DNA of 58,313 nt from Candidatus Eiseniibacteriota bacterium (GCA_043809585.1 JBDROZ010000082.1:1-58313), one strand, 5' to 3'. Positions 19,790 through 28,634 are shown, numbered from the stretch's first letter. Notes: a model not told the origin generated them from the sequence alone. Numbers and translations are program-made.

Positions 19790-20260
19790 ATCGGAGGGAG
19801 GAGAGTGAGCCCAACGTCTAACTGGAGCCGCCAACGGCCAAGCCCGATTCGACCGCCATCTATAGGGAACTCGAGTCCATCCGTGGTCGTGGGATTTTTG
19901 CCGGGCAGCCCCTGCGCTTTGATTGGACGCTCTCCTTCGCTCCGTGTTCAGGACGGCATTCTCTTCGGCTCTGCCCCTCCCCCGAGCCCGCGCATAACTG
20001 GACGGACGAGCTCGGCTCGTCGAACCCGACTCTTGAAAGGGACGGTTTGAGGGCACGAACGAGCTTCTAGGGCGCGAGGTCATCCGGACTCGCTCAGCCG
20101 ATCTCGGCCGGCTTACCAGCTGACGAGCTCTCGGTGACGATCCTCGATGAGTGTTTGGTGCGGAGCCCGATCTCCGCACCCACTGTGAAGCGAAGTCAGG
20201 ACGTCGAGAATGACCGGACACCATCGTCGCCTCTCTCGCAAGACGGTGACTCAGGGGGAA
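19790..20260 (+). ncRNA. Candidate bridge/seek RNA of the IS1111-type element
   Basis: Structured region downstream of tnp lacking a credible ORF; repeated GAGCCC-N5/6-TAACTGGA...TTGA..GGACG modules; boundaries approximate. Confidence 0.6.
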
Positions 20261-20268
20261 CTTTTTCC

Positions 20269-20293
20269 TTGCGCCCCGGGGGCCTTATGAGTG
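20269..20293 (+). promoter_or_regulatory. -35 half of a circle-junction promoter
   Basis: TTGCGC at 20269-20274; on circularisation an 18-bp spacer leads to GATACT from the left end (18646-18651). Confidence 0.5.
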
Positions 20294-20324
20294 TTCGGCG
20301 CCTCTCGTAAGCAGGACTCGTACA

Positions 20325-21257
20325 TCACATCCCCTCAAGCCTTAGGAACTGGACCGCATTGTTGTAGAGGATGTCCCGCTTTTCCTCCTCGGTCAGGAAG
20401 GCGGCTGATTCGATCCCATCCACAGCCATTCCGATGGCCTCAGGCCACTCCATCTGGTCTGATCCAAAGAGTAGCCGCTTGCCGAGGCCGGCTACGATGA
20501 GTTCCCGCAGGTAGTCGTAGAATTCCTGCCGAGGCAGGATCCAATTGATCGTGGCAAGATCGAGATAGACCTGCGGGTACACTGATAGGATCGCCTTCGT
20601 TTCCTGGAGGTACGGCGCCCCGCCATGCATCAGGTAGATGCGCAACCGCGGGTGTCGAATGAGCACTTCCTCTACGAAAATCGGATTTCCGAGCGTGACA
20701 CGGAAGTCCGGGCAGCATGGGTCGTATGGTGTCCCCGGGGGGCCGATGCCTGTGTGGATCCCGACCGGGATGTCCATTTCCTCGGCGAGGGCGAAGTAGG
20801 GTTCCATGACAGGGTCGTTGGGCGCAATGCCCAGGTGTTGCGGGACTAGCTCGCCCAAGACTTGGACGCGCCCCGCTTGTATCTCGGCGCGCAGCGCCGC
20901 GAGATCGGGCAGCGGGTTCCCGGGGTACATGAATGCGGCCGGTATGATTTTGTCCGGGGCGACCTCGCGCCACTGGCGGACGGTTTCCGCTGGCCCGCTT
21001 GTGACAGCCTTCACGATGTTGTAGCGCTCGAGCGCCACCAAGGACATGTCACGGAGTTCGGCGCTCGTTCTCGCGGTGGAAGGTTCCCCAGTGACTGGAT
21101 TCACTGGAGGCGGCTCTCCATCGTGCAACGGGTAGGCATGAAGGTGCATGTCGATGATGGGAGGTCTAGGGTTGTCGGTTGCAGTTTGAGCTGCTGAGGG
21201 ATCAAAGCAAAGTGCAACCACAACAAGGAAGAATGGAAACGCGTTCAGTATTCGCAC
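20325..21257 (-). CDS. Secreted amidohydrolase-2 family protein (first cassette)
   Basis: Signal peptide; IIDMHLHA, LGE, PVGIHTG, YLMHGG, LLFGSD, DILYNNA. Confidence 0.92.
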   Translation of the reverse strand: MRILNAFPFFLVVVALCFDPSAAQTATDNPRPPIIDMHLHAYPLHDGEPPPVNPVTGEPSTARTSAELRDMSLVALERYNIVKAVTSGPAETVRQWREVAPDKIIPAAFMYPGNPLPDLAALRAEIQAGRVQVLGELVPQHLGIAPNDPVMEPYFALAEEMDIPVGIHTGIGPPGTPYDPCCPDFRVTLGNPIFVEEVLIRHPRLRIYLMHGGAPYLQETKAILSVYPQVYLDLATINWILPRQEFYDYLRELIVAGLGKRLLFGSDQMEWPEAIGMAVDGIESAAFLTEEEKRDILYNNAVQFLRLEGM

Positions 21258-21287
21258 GAGATCTTCCTTCGAGCCGGCGTGGCAGCC

Positions 21288-21300
21288 GCCGAACTAACAG
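21288..21300 (-). other. attI-like crossover site
   Basis: Minus strand CTGTTA GTTCGGC; GTTCGGC is the exact complement of the first cassette's R'' (GCCGAAC) and has no attC stem upstream. Confidence 0.7.
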
Positions 21301-21506
21301 TCTCTTCCCCTGCCTGCAGGATGTGCTGCAAGGACGGCTTGTTTCCCTTTACGGGTGGAGGCCGCCCGCGCCCGCAACTACCGGTACCCCATCCGGTAGG
21401 AAACGATCAGGGCATGTCGTGTATCCGGATGTGCCGCGAGATGCCTCAGAGGGTCCGAATACGCGGGCGAAGCCCCTTCCGACGAGCTTCCCTTGCCCTC
21501 GGGGCT

Positions 21507-21878
21507 TCATGGCTCCCGATCCAAAGGGCTGCGCGCTCCACGGCCGCCCCGGTTGAGGACGTGCGTGTAGACTATGGTTGTGCTCGCATCTCGATACCCG
21601 AGCAGTTCTTGGATCGTACGGATGTCGTTGCCCGCTTCCAGCAGATGAGTCGCGGAGGAGTGCCTGAATGCATGGCAAGTCGCCCCGATGTGCGCCTCCT
21701 CCGTTCGCGGACTATAGTGGCGCGCACGGATCACGTCGCGGACCTCGTCGAAGAGGCGGGGTTTGGGGAAGGGAGATCGATCCTCGCGGACGAAGGAGGT
21801 CGGCGGAAGCACTGGATAAGGTGGGGTTGGGTAAGCGGTTACTGTCGAAGAGGTCGCGATCATCTCAGCTCCCCCCAC
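21507..21878 (-). pseudogene. intI: Integron integrase with a large in-frame internal deletion
   Basis: N-terminal [24 protein letters not shown] joined directly to C-terminal [55 protein letters not shown]. Confidence 0.9.
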
Positions 21879-21939
21879 CCGATGCCGAACTTCGACAAAG
21901 TATAAGCCTTGCGAAACATTCGTGTCAAAGGGATTTGGG

Positions 21940-22264
21940 CTAGGTTATGCACAAATCTCCTACTGCGATCTCGGATCGCCGCCTGCGAAGCCTCCTTTCC
22001 GTCGCCGCCTCCTCGACGGGGCCCGTCGGGCGCTTGGACTTATCGCGACCGCTAGGAGCGATAAGTGATAGCGCCCGGGGGGAGGCTCTTATGACTACGC
22101 CTCCGGTGGCGGAAGTCCGACCGCGCCGGGGTACCCGCCACAGCGGAGCAGTGGCGGGCCGGCGCCGGGAGTACCCGGAGCGCGGAAGCGCGAAGGGTGA
22201 AAGTCAGCTTCTCGGCAGGCCATCCGAGCCCTCGTGACGGAGATTCATGCATAATCCAGGCTAG
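21940..22264 (+). repeat. Fold-back MITE/REPIN-like repeat, copy 1 (expanded loops)
   Basis: CTAG at both ends; TTATGCACAAATCTCC...GGAGATTCATGCATAATCCAGG; 21945-22018 identical to 58187-58260. Confidence 0.85.
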
Positions 22265-22774
22265 GCCGCGGCGGGGAGTCGGATAGGGGGCCTTTCGGAA
22301 CCAGATACCCCTCCGCTTCGCTCCGGGAGAATCTGGTACCGAAAGGGGCACGTTCGCCAGCGCGCGGCACGGGCGGTTTCTACGTCGGGCGCCCGGATGG
22401 CAATTTCGGGGGACACGAAACAAGTTCATGTCCCCCGAATACGCTCGTCGTGCTGCGGCGACCGAGCCCGGGTACCCACCGGAGCCGCAGGGGGAGGTGG
22501 GTGGGCGAGGAAGCATCCGGAGCGCGGTAGCGCGGAGGATGATGCCTACAGCCCTCCGGGCTCGTACGAGTAGCGTTGCGCGGACCGCCAACAACTCCCC
22601 GGTTATGCCCCGACCCCTCCCGATGCCGGTCCGCCCGCCGCCGCACGCAGAAGAATTGTAACTGTCCCTGGTACCTTCCCCCGGTTCATCCTTCGATACA
22701 CCGCGGCCCTTGGCCGCGGCACTCAGGACGAACGGGGGGAGGGAACTACGGAATTGGGTTTCCTGGATCCCCTT

Positions 22775-22868
22775 CGCGGGGATGACAATTGGATACTGCG
22801 CGGGGGTAGGCTCTGCGGGGATGACAATTGGACACTGCGCGAGAGCAGTCTACGCGGGGACGACAATC
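22775..22868 (+). repeat. 39-bp period tandem repeat (2.4 copies) with REP-like GCGGGGATGAC core
   Basis: YGCGGGGAYGACAAT at 22775, 22814 and 22853. Confidence 0.8.
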
Positions 22869-22940
22869 TTATGAAATCGGCGGGAAGGCGGGACGGAGGA
22901 GGTCCGCACTCCGGTTCTCTCCCCTCCCCTCCTCTCCGGA

Positions 22941-23120
22941 GGCCCGGGGCCGCGGGGTCGGGCCGTAGCGAGGCTCGGGAGCGTGCGGCGAGAGGACTGT
23001 TCGGACGAGCCGCCACCCGCAATCGTAGCCTTAGCTACGATGAGGATGGCGGCGACGGAGAACTGTTCTCGCAGCCCACGATCCCGGGCCGCAGTAGGCC
23101 CGACCCCGCGGTCACGGGCC
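22941..23120 (-). repeat. Fold-back repeat, copy 2
   Basis: Outer IR GGCCCGGGGCCGCGGGGTCGGGCC / GGCCCGACCCCGCGGTCACGGGCC; core GGACGAGCCGCCACCCGCAATCGTAGCCTTAGCTACGATGAGGATGGCGGCGACGGA. Confidence 0.8.
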
Positions 23121-24619
23121 TAAGCGTCCATGTCCGTCCACTTCTTCGCCATCTGGCTGAAGATGACGAGGGCGACGATCGCCCCGACGCCGATGGCGGC
23201 GAAGGGGAGCCAGACATGGTACTGGGGCGAGTAGGTGTTCCAGAGGAGCTGCGTCACCTCCACGGCGTCCTTGCCGGTGAGCTCTTGGAGCCTCACGAAC
23301 GCTTCGGTCCGGGGGACGCCGGTCACGGCTTCCAGGGACTTGATCTTGCCGTCCCAGGCGGCCGCGCCGGGGATGAGGCCGTTCTCGGCCATGTACTTCA
23401 GCGCGAGCGTCGCCTTCTCTCCGTAGTGTCCGTAAAGGTAGCCCGCCATCTTGGAGCCGACAAAACCGCCGATCCCGACGGGGATGTTCACGTAACCGAG
23501 GAAGAGGGCCTTCTTGCCGGGGGGCGCGATCAGCCCGAGGTATTCATTCTTCTTCGGCCCCGTCATCATCTCGCCCGTCGAGAAGAAGACGATGCCGAGA
23601 AGGAGCACCCAGCCGAAGCCGGTCATCCCCGCGATGAGCACGCCTCCCGTGGCGATGGCCATCCCGATCACCATGCACTGGAGCACCCGCATCCGCCGCA
23701 CCAGCCACGACAGAGGCACCATGAAGGCGATGATGAAGATGGCGTTCAAATTGAGCAGAATCTGCTGCGGCACCATGACGCCGCGGCTCGTCTCCACCCT
23801 CCACTGGTCGAAGGGGAGGATTCGCGCGACCGGGGAACTGTCGACCCAATCCTCGATGAAGTTCGGGTGCAGATCCCACAGCTGGTACATCATGAGCCAG
23901 AAGCAGGCCATGATGAGGAGCCAGGCGACGAGCCGCGGCTCGACGATGTTCTTCATGGTGCGAAGGAAAACGGCTCCGGGACTCTCCGTCTTGTCCGCCC
24001 CCGACTGCACGTCCTTGAACGTGAAGAGCATGATGTAGTTCAGCGCCGTCACCATCGCCGAGGCGGTGAACAGATTCCGCCACGTCCCTTGGGTGTGCGG
24101 ATCGCCGAGGATCGCCGTCGCGAGAAACGGGCCGATCGCCGCGCCGATGTTCACGACCCAGTAGAAGATCCCCCACCCGACCGACGAGTTCTTCTTCGTC
24201 AGGTTCTGGGCGAGCGACCCCTGCAGCGCCGGCTTGAAGAGCGCCGTCCCGCTCGCGAGCACGATGACGCCCGCGAAGAACCCGAAGTAGGTCCGGAGGT
24301 TCGCCATCATCAGATAGCCGATGATGTTCATCGTCACCGACACGAAGAGCGTCTTCTTGTATCCGTAACGGTCCGCGTACCCGCCGGTGAAGGTCGGCAG
24401 GATCGACTGGAAGATGAACCACCAGGCGTAGATCGTCCCCTTCATGGCCGCCGTGAAGTGGAGGCCGCCCGGATCGTCCGCCTGCATGATGTAGACCGGC
24501 ACCACCGCCCGGACGCTGAAATAGGCGAGACGCTCGAACATCTCGATCGAGTTCAGCAGCCAGTAGGTTCGGCCGAAGGTCCGTTTCTTCGTCTCCGTGG
24601 GTGCGTTCGCGTCGCTCAC
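23120..24619 (-). CDS. MFS transporter, POT/peptide-transporter-like
   Basis: EMFERLAYF (ExxER motif), GGYADRYG, LFKP, FYWVVNIG; GTG start at 24619. Confidence 0.88.
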   Translation of the reverse strand: MSDANAPTETKKRTFGRTYWLLNSIEMFERLAYFSVRAVVPVYIMQADDPGGLHFTAAMKGTIYAWWFIFQSILPTFTGGYADRYGYKKTLFVSVTMNIIGYLMMANLRTYFGFFAGVIVLASGTALFKPALQGSLAQNLTKKNSSVGWGIFYWVVNIGAAIGPFLATAILGDPHTQGTWRNLFTASAMVTALNYIMLFTFKDVQSGADKTESPGAVFLRTMKNIVEPRLVAWLLIMACFWLMMYQLWDLHPNFIEDWVDSSPVARILPFDQWRVETSRGVMVPQQILLNLNAIFIIAFMVPLSWLVRRMRVLQCMVIGMAIATGGVLIAGMTGFGWVLLLGIVFFSTGEMMTGPKKNEYLGLIAPPGKKALFLGYVNIPVGIGGFVGSKMAGYLYGHYGEKATLALKYMAENGLIPGAAAWDGKIKSLEAVTGVPRTEAFVRLQELTGKDAVEVTQLLWNTYSPQYHVWLPFAAIGVGAIVALVIFSQMAKKWTDMDA

Positions 24620-24991
24620 TCGTATCCCCTTGTGGCTGGTCCGGTGGGGGTTCCGGAGTTCAGGGTCGTACCGGCAACGATGGGCCGGAGGCGGCCCCGA
24701 ACCGGATGGGCGGGAAGTCCCGAAGATCATACACGGAGAGGGCCGTCCATGTCTTCCGTTTCGCAACGAGTTGATATCGCAGTGGATGGAAACCGCCGCC
24801 CCGGATGGAATCCGCCGCCCCCCCGTGAAGGTGGATCACAGGAACGCATTCGGGTCCCGGCCCTCTCCCTCCCTTTTCCTTTATCCGCGGCGCCGGACGG
24901 AGTAGCGTTCGTGCCGGGACCGAACGCTCGGCCGAGATGATCCAAGAAACTCAGACGTCTTGTCGGATTAAGGTCAGAAAAGGAGAGAATC

Positions 24992-25903
24992 ATGTTCCTC
25001 ATCGTCATCCCGATCGCGGTCTTCCTCTTCTTCGCGGGGATCCGGATCATCCGGCCGACCCAGCGCGGGCTCGTGGAGCGGCTCGGGAAGTACCGGCGCT
25101 TCGCCCAGCCCGGTTTTCACTGGATCATTCCCCTCATCGACCGGATGATCAAAGTGAACGTCACGGAACAGATGATCGACGCCATGCCCCAGGAGATCAT
25201 CACCAACGACAACCTGAACGCGAGCGTCGACGCCCAGGTCTATTTCAAGGTGCAGATGGACGAGGAGAGCGTGAAGGCCTCCCAGTACAACGTGAACGAC
25301 TACGAGTACCAGATCGTGAACCTCGCCCGCACCACGCTCCGGAATATCATCGGGACCCTCACGTTGAAATCGGCGAACAGCGAGCGTGACCGGATCAACG
25401 GGGCGCTCCTCACCACCCTCAGCCAGGAGACGAGGAACTGGGGGATGGACATCGTCCGGACCGAGCTGAAGGAGATCGATCCCCCCAAGGACGTGCAGGA
25501 GACGATGAACAAGGTCGTGAAGGCGGAGAACGAGAAGATCGCCGCCCTCGACTACGCGAACGCCGTGGAGCGACAGGCGGACGGAACCAAGCGGTCGGAA
25601 ATCAAGAAGGCCGAGGGGATCCGGCAGGCCAAGATCCTGGCGGCCGAGGGGGAGGCGGAGGCGATCAGGCTCGTGAACGAGGCGGCGAACAAGTATTTCG
25701 TCGGAAACGCCCAGCTCCTCCGCCAGCTCGAGACCGTGGAGCGCGCCCTCCGGGATAACGCGAAGATCGTCATTCCGGCCGATTCCGAACTCGTCAACGT
25801 GATCGGCGAGATGGCGGGCGTGCTCCCCCTACGGCGGGGCAAGAGAGAGGAGGAGGGGGAAGGGACGGGGCGCCGGCTTTACGGGGACGACGAGAAGATG
25901 TAG
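24992..25903 (+). CDS. SPFH/stomatin-like protein
   Basis: GLVERLGKY...PGFHWIIP..D; QEIITNDN; TTLRNIIG; AEGEAEAI. Confidence 0.93.
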   Translation: MFLIVIPIAVFLFFAGIRIIRPTQRGLVERLGKYRRFAQPGFHWIIPLIDRMIKVNVTEQMIDAMPQEIITNDNLNASVDAQVYFKVQMDEESVKASQYNVNDYEYQIVNLARTTLRNIIGTLTLKSANSERDRINGALLTTLSQETRNWGMDIVRTELKEIDPPKDVQETMNKVVKAENEKIAALDYANAVERQADGTKRSEIKKAEGIRQAKILAAEGEAEAIRLVNEAANKYFVGNAQLLRQLETVERALRDNAKIVIPADSELVNVIGEMAGVLPLRRGKREEEGEGTGRRLYGDDEKM

Positions 25904-26940
25904 GCGTCCACCACCGTGCGGGCGAGGTGGGCGATCGCCTTCTCCAGATCGTCCACCTCGGACTCCGACCGGGTGATGAAGATCGCGAGGGCGACGTGCC
26001 CCCGGCCGTCCGGCAGTTCGACGATGCCGACATCGTTCACCGTCTGGAGCCCGCCCCCCCAGATCGTTCCGGTCTTGTGGGCCGGCCCTTCGACGCCGGG
26101 AGGAAGCAGCCCGGCGAGACGCATCAAGTTCGCGCTCTCCCTCATCGTCCGGAGAAGAAACTCCCTCTCTTCCCCCGCCACGGCCTCGCCGGTCCAGATC
26201 TCGCGAAGCAGCTCCGCCATCGCCCGCGGGGTCGAGGTGTCCCGCACGTCGAGAAAGGCACGGTACGCCGCGGCCGAGCGCCGCCCCTCGGGGATCCGCG
26301 CGACCGCCGCCTCGTACGCCTCCCTCGTGTAGGCGTCGTCCGCGACCAATCCCTCGGCCCCGTCGGAGGCGAGGACGAGCTGCAGCGTCGAGCGGTCGAT
26401 CCGGAGGTCCCGGATCCCGAGTTCCCGGACGCGCGCCGTCACCGCCTCCGGCCCGCCGGCCGCTCGAAGGACGAGATCCGTCGCCGTGTTGTCGCTGATG
26501 AGGAGCGAGAGACGGAGGAGGTTCCGGAGCGACAGCGCGGCGCCGGGCGCCTCGATCCAGTCGCCGAAGATGCCGCTCCCCGGGCGGACGTCGTGGGCGC
26601 CCACGACGACCATCGAGTCGAGGTCGACCTCCCCCCGGGCGGCTCGGGCGAGAAGGGCCGCCGCGATCGGGACCTTGTAGGCGCTCGCCATCGGAAAGCG
26701 CTCGTCCCCGCGGTGGGTGAGCCACGTCCCCTTCTCGAGATGGAGCGCCGCGACGCCCACGTCCCCCGGAACGGTCCCGGCGATCCGGGCGATCTCCCGC
26801 TCCGCGGGGGTGGGCCCAGGGGGCGCCGCCGCCGGCGCCTGGCCGGAGACGGGCCAAGGAAACCCGAGAAAGAGGACCACGAATGCGAGCGGAGCCCATC
26901 CCCTCCGCGCAATAGGCCGGATCATTCCCTTCATCGTCAT
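25879..26940 (-). CDS. Class A beta-lactamase-like serine hydrolase
   Basis: FPMASAYK, SDN, DTSTP, HKTGT motifs; signal peptide; ATGA-coupled start. Confidence 0.88.
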   Translation of the reverse strand: MTMKGMIRPIARRGWAPLAFVVLFLGFPWPVSGQAPAAAPPGPTPAEREIARIAGTVPGDVGVAALHLEKGTWLTHRGDERFPMASAYKVPIAAALLARAARGEVDLDSMVVVGAHDVRPGSGIFGDWIEAPGAALSLRNLLRLSLLISDNTATDLVLRAAGGPEAVTARVRELGIRDLRIDRSTLQLVLASDGAEGLVADDAYTREAYEAAVARIPEGRRSAAAYRAFLDVRDTSTPRAMAELLREIWTGEAVAGEEREFLLRTMRESANLMRLAGLLPPGVEGPAHKTGTIWGGGLQTVNDVGIVELPDGRGHVALAIFITRSESEVDDLEKAIAHLARTVVDAYIFSSSP

Positions 26941-27338
26941 TCCCATTCGGTCGCGTAGATCCGATCCACGTAGTCGAGTCGCGCGAGCCGGAGAAGCACC
27001 TGGCGGAACCCCGGCTGCCCCGTGTTGCCGACGCAGAGGAGGGCGCCCTCGCCGCAGCCGGCCCGCCCCCGGACGCCCGGCATGACCCGGAGAGAGGGGT
27101 CGATCGCCTTCACCTCGGCGAGAAGATCCTCCCTCTTCGGCACGCAGAACTCGTAGTCGAGGGTGCGCGCCCCGTCCGGCGGGCCGTAGAGCCCATCGCC
27201 GCGGAAACGGGCCAGGTCGAAGCCGATCTTCCTCCTCGCCATGGCGTCGATTTCCCGCGACGTCGGGGGGGGCGCGGCGCAGCCGAGAAGCGCCGCGGCG
27301 GCGAGAAGGGCCCATGGAGCGACTCGGATCCGCTTCAT
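26937..27338 (-). CDS. Hypothetical lipoprotein
   Basis: Lipobox LLGC; GLYGPPDG...DYEFCVP...GRAGC...LCVGNT; ATGA overlaps on both sides. Confidence 0.75.
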   Translation of the reverse strand: MKRIRVAPWALLAAAALLGCAAPPPTSREIDAMARRKIGFDLARFRGDGLYGPPDGARTLDYEFCVPKREDLLAEVKAIDPSLRVMPGVRGRAGCGEGALLCVGNTGQPGFRQVLLRLARLDYVDRIYATEWE

Positions 27339-27667
27339 CGACCTTCCTCCCCGGGTGTCCAACGGAAACGCCCGAGATCGATGCGACCCTTCCCGTCGAA
27401 CTCGATCCCCTCCCGCTCGAGAAGCATCCGCTGCCAATCATCGTTGCCCGGGCGTGTCCGCTCGCTCACCTTGCCGGCGGCGTTCACCACCCTTTGCCAC
27501 GGCACGTCGTGATCGTCCGGAAGCAGCTTCAACGCCCGCCCCACATGCCTCGGATTCCTCGCCCCCGCCATCGCCGCCACCTGCCCGTACGTCGCCACCC
27601 TCCCCTCGGGGATGCTCCGCACCACCTCGAACACCGCATACGCATAGGGCGGGATTCCATGAGCCAT
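27335..27667 (-). CDS. Alkyltransferase-like (ATL/MGMT family) protein
   Basis: IPEGRVATYGQVA, RHVGRAL, VPWQRVVN (Trp in place of the catalytic Cys). Confidence 0.9.
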   Translation of the reverse strand: MAHGIPPYAYAVFEVVRSIPEGRVATYGQVAAMAGARNPRHVGRALKLLPDDHDVPWQRVVNAAGKVSERTRPGNDDWQRMLLEREGIEFDGKGRIDLGRFRWTPGEEGR

Positions 27668-27684
27668 GAATCATGTCCTGTCCG

Positions 27685-27968
27685 GTTCCGCTTCCTTCCG
27701 TCCCTTCCGTTCCTCCCGCTCCTTCCGTCCCTTCCCCTTCCTTCCGCTTCCTCCCGTTCCTTCCGCTCCTTTCCGGCGGCCCGGGTCACGGGAGGGGCCA
27801 GGGGGATGACAAATCAGTCTCTCCCCCCTCCGCTCCGTATCTAGCCTGGAGCGGGGACGGGGATCCTCCCGCTTCCTCCCGTCCCTTCCGCTCCTTCCTC
27901 TTCCTTCCGCTTCTTTCCGGTTCCCTTTGGCTTCTTCCGGGTCCTTCCGGGTCCCTCTGTTCCCCTTC
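27685..27968 (+). repeat. Pyrimidine-rich low-complexity tracts (CCTTCCG-like units)
   Basis: Two CT-rich tracts, each followed by GGCCCGGGTCACGGGAGGGG (27778, 27971). Confidence 0.75.
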
Positions 27969-27970
27969 GT

Positions 27971-28155
27971 GGCCCGGGTCACGGGAGGGGTTCGTCGCGA
28001 GGGTTCGGAGCGCGTGGCGAGAAGAAACTCTGGACGAGCCGGCACCCGGAATCGTAGCCGTAGCTACGATGAGGATGCCGGCGAAGGAAGAGTTCCTTCG
28101 CAGCCCGCGATGCGAACCCGCAGCAGAACCCCTCCCGTGATCCGGGCCAGGCTAG
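27971..28155 (-). repeat. Fold-back repeat, copy 3
   Basis: IR GGCCCGGGTCACGGGAGGGGTTC / GAACCCCTCCCGTGATCCGGGCC; same core ATCGTAGCCGTAGCTACGATGAGGATG; ends in CCAGGCTAG. Confidence 0.82.
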
Positions 28156-28634
28156 TCATCGATGGCCACGATCGCTTCGACCACCACCGGGAAGTTCAGA
28201 GGAAGCGCCGCCACGCCGATCGCCGAGCGGGCATGCCGCCCCGCCTCCGGACCGTACAGTTCGAGAATCCGGCCGGAAAAGCCGTTGATCACGTTCGTCA
28301 TGAGCGAAAAGCCGGGATCGGCGTTCACGAGACCCCGCACCCGGAGCCACGACGTGACCCGGTCGAGGTCGCCCAATTCCCGCTTCAAACTCGAAAGCAT
28401 GGAGAGCGCCGCCTGCCGGGCCGATCCGGTCGCGTCCTCGATCGAGACCTGGCTCGGCACCCGGCCGAAAGGACCGAGGGGGGAGCCGTCCGACTTCAGC
28501 GGCCCGTGCCCGGACACGTAGACCGTCTTCCCGTGGACCCGCACCCACTCGAAGCTGAAATGCACGCCCGGCGGGGGCTTGTGAATGTCCGGCAGCTTCA
28601 GTCCCCGCTTACTCAACTCCGCTTCGATACGCAT
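28152..28634 (-). CDS. RidA/YjgF family protein
   Basis: VYVSGHGP, GDLDRV, VINGFS, GRHARSAIGVAALP...VVVEA. Confidence 0.92.
   Translation of the reverse strand: MRIEAELSKRGLKLPDIHKPPPGVHFSFEWVRVHGKTVYVSGHGPLKSDGSPLGPFGRVPSQVSIEDATGSARQAALSMLSSLKRELGDLDRVTSWLRVRGLVNADPGFSLMTNVINGFSGRILELYGPEAGRHARSAIGVAALPLNFPVVVEAIVAIDD

Larger units (their letters stand above)
18647..20293 (+). mobile_element. IS110-family, IS1111-type element inserted in attC
   Basis: Subterminal IRs ACTCATCAAGGCCCCC / GGGGGCCTTATGAGT; TG core at both junctions (18645-18646, 20292-20293); no target duplication; long 3' non-coding region. Confidence 0.9.
9444..21878 (-). mobile_element. Integron: defective intI, attI and cassette array with at least 7 attC sites
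   Basis: Run of minus-strand promoterless-looking ORFs separated by imperfect palindromes bounded by RYYYAAC...GTTRRRY-like boxes; IntI remnant at one end; lower GC than flanks. Confidence 0.88.

Noticed and set aside
21279..21905. Plus-strand 208-aa ORF over intI
   Set aside because: Antisense frame of the integrase remnant
22775..22868. Possible mini-CRISPR (39-bp period)
   Set aside because: Fewer than 3 full units, intervening segments short and similar, no cas genes; better explained as a REP-like tandem
22754..24940. Long antisense ORFs (e.g. 22754-24940, 29461-32031, 32558-34843, 37845-40703, 41898-43940, 50496-52808)
   Set aside because: Shadow frames of real genes in high-GC DNA with no recognisable motifs
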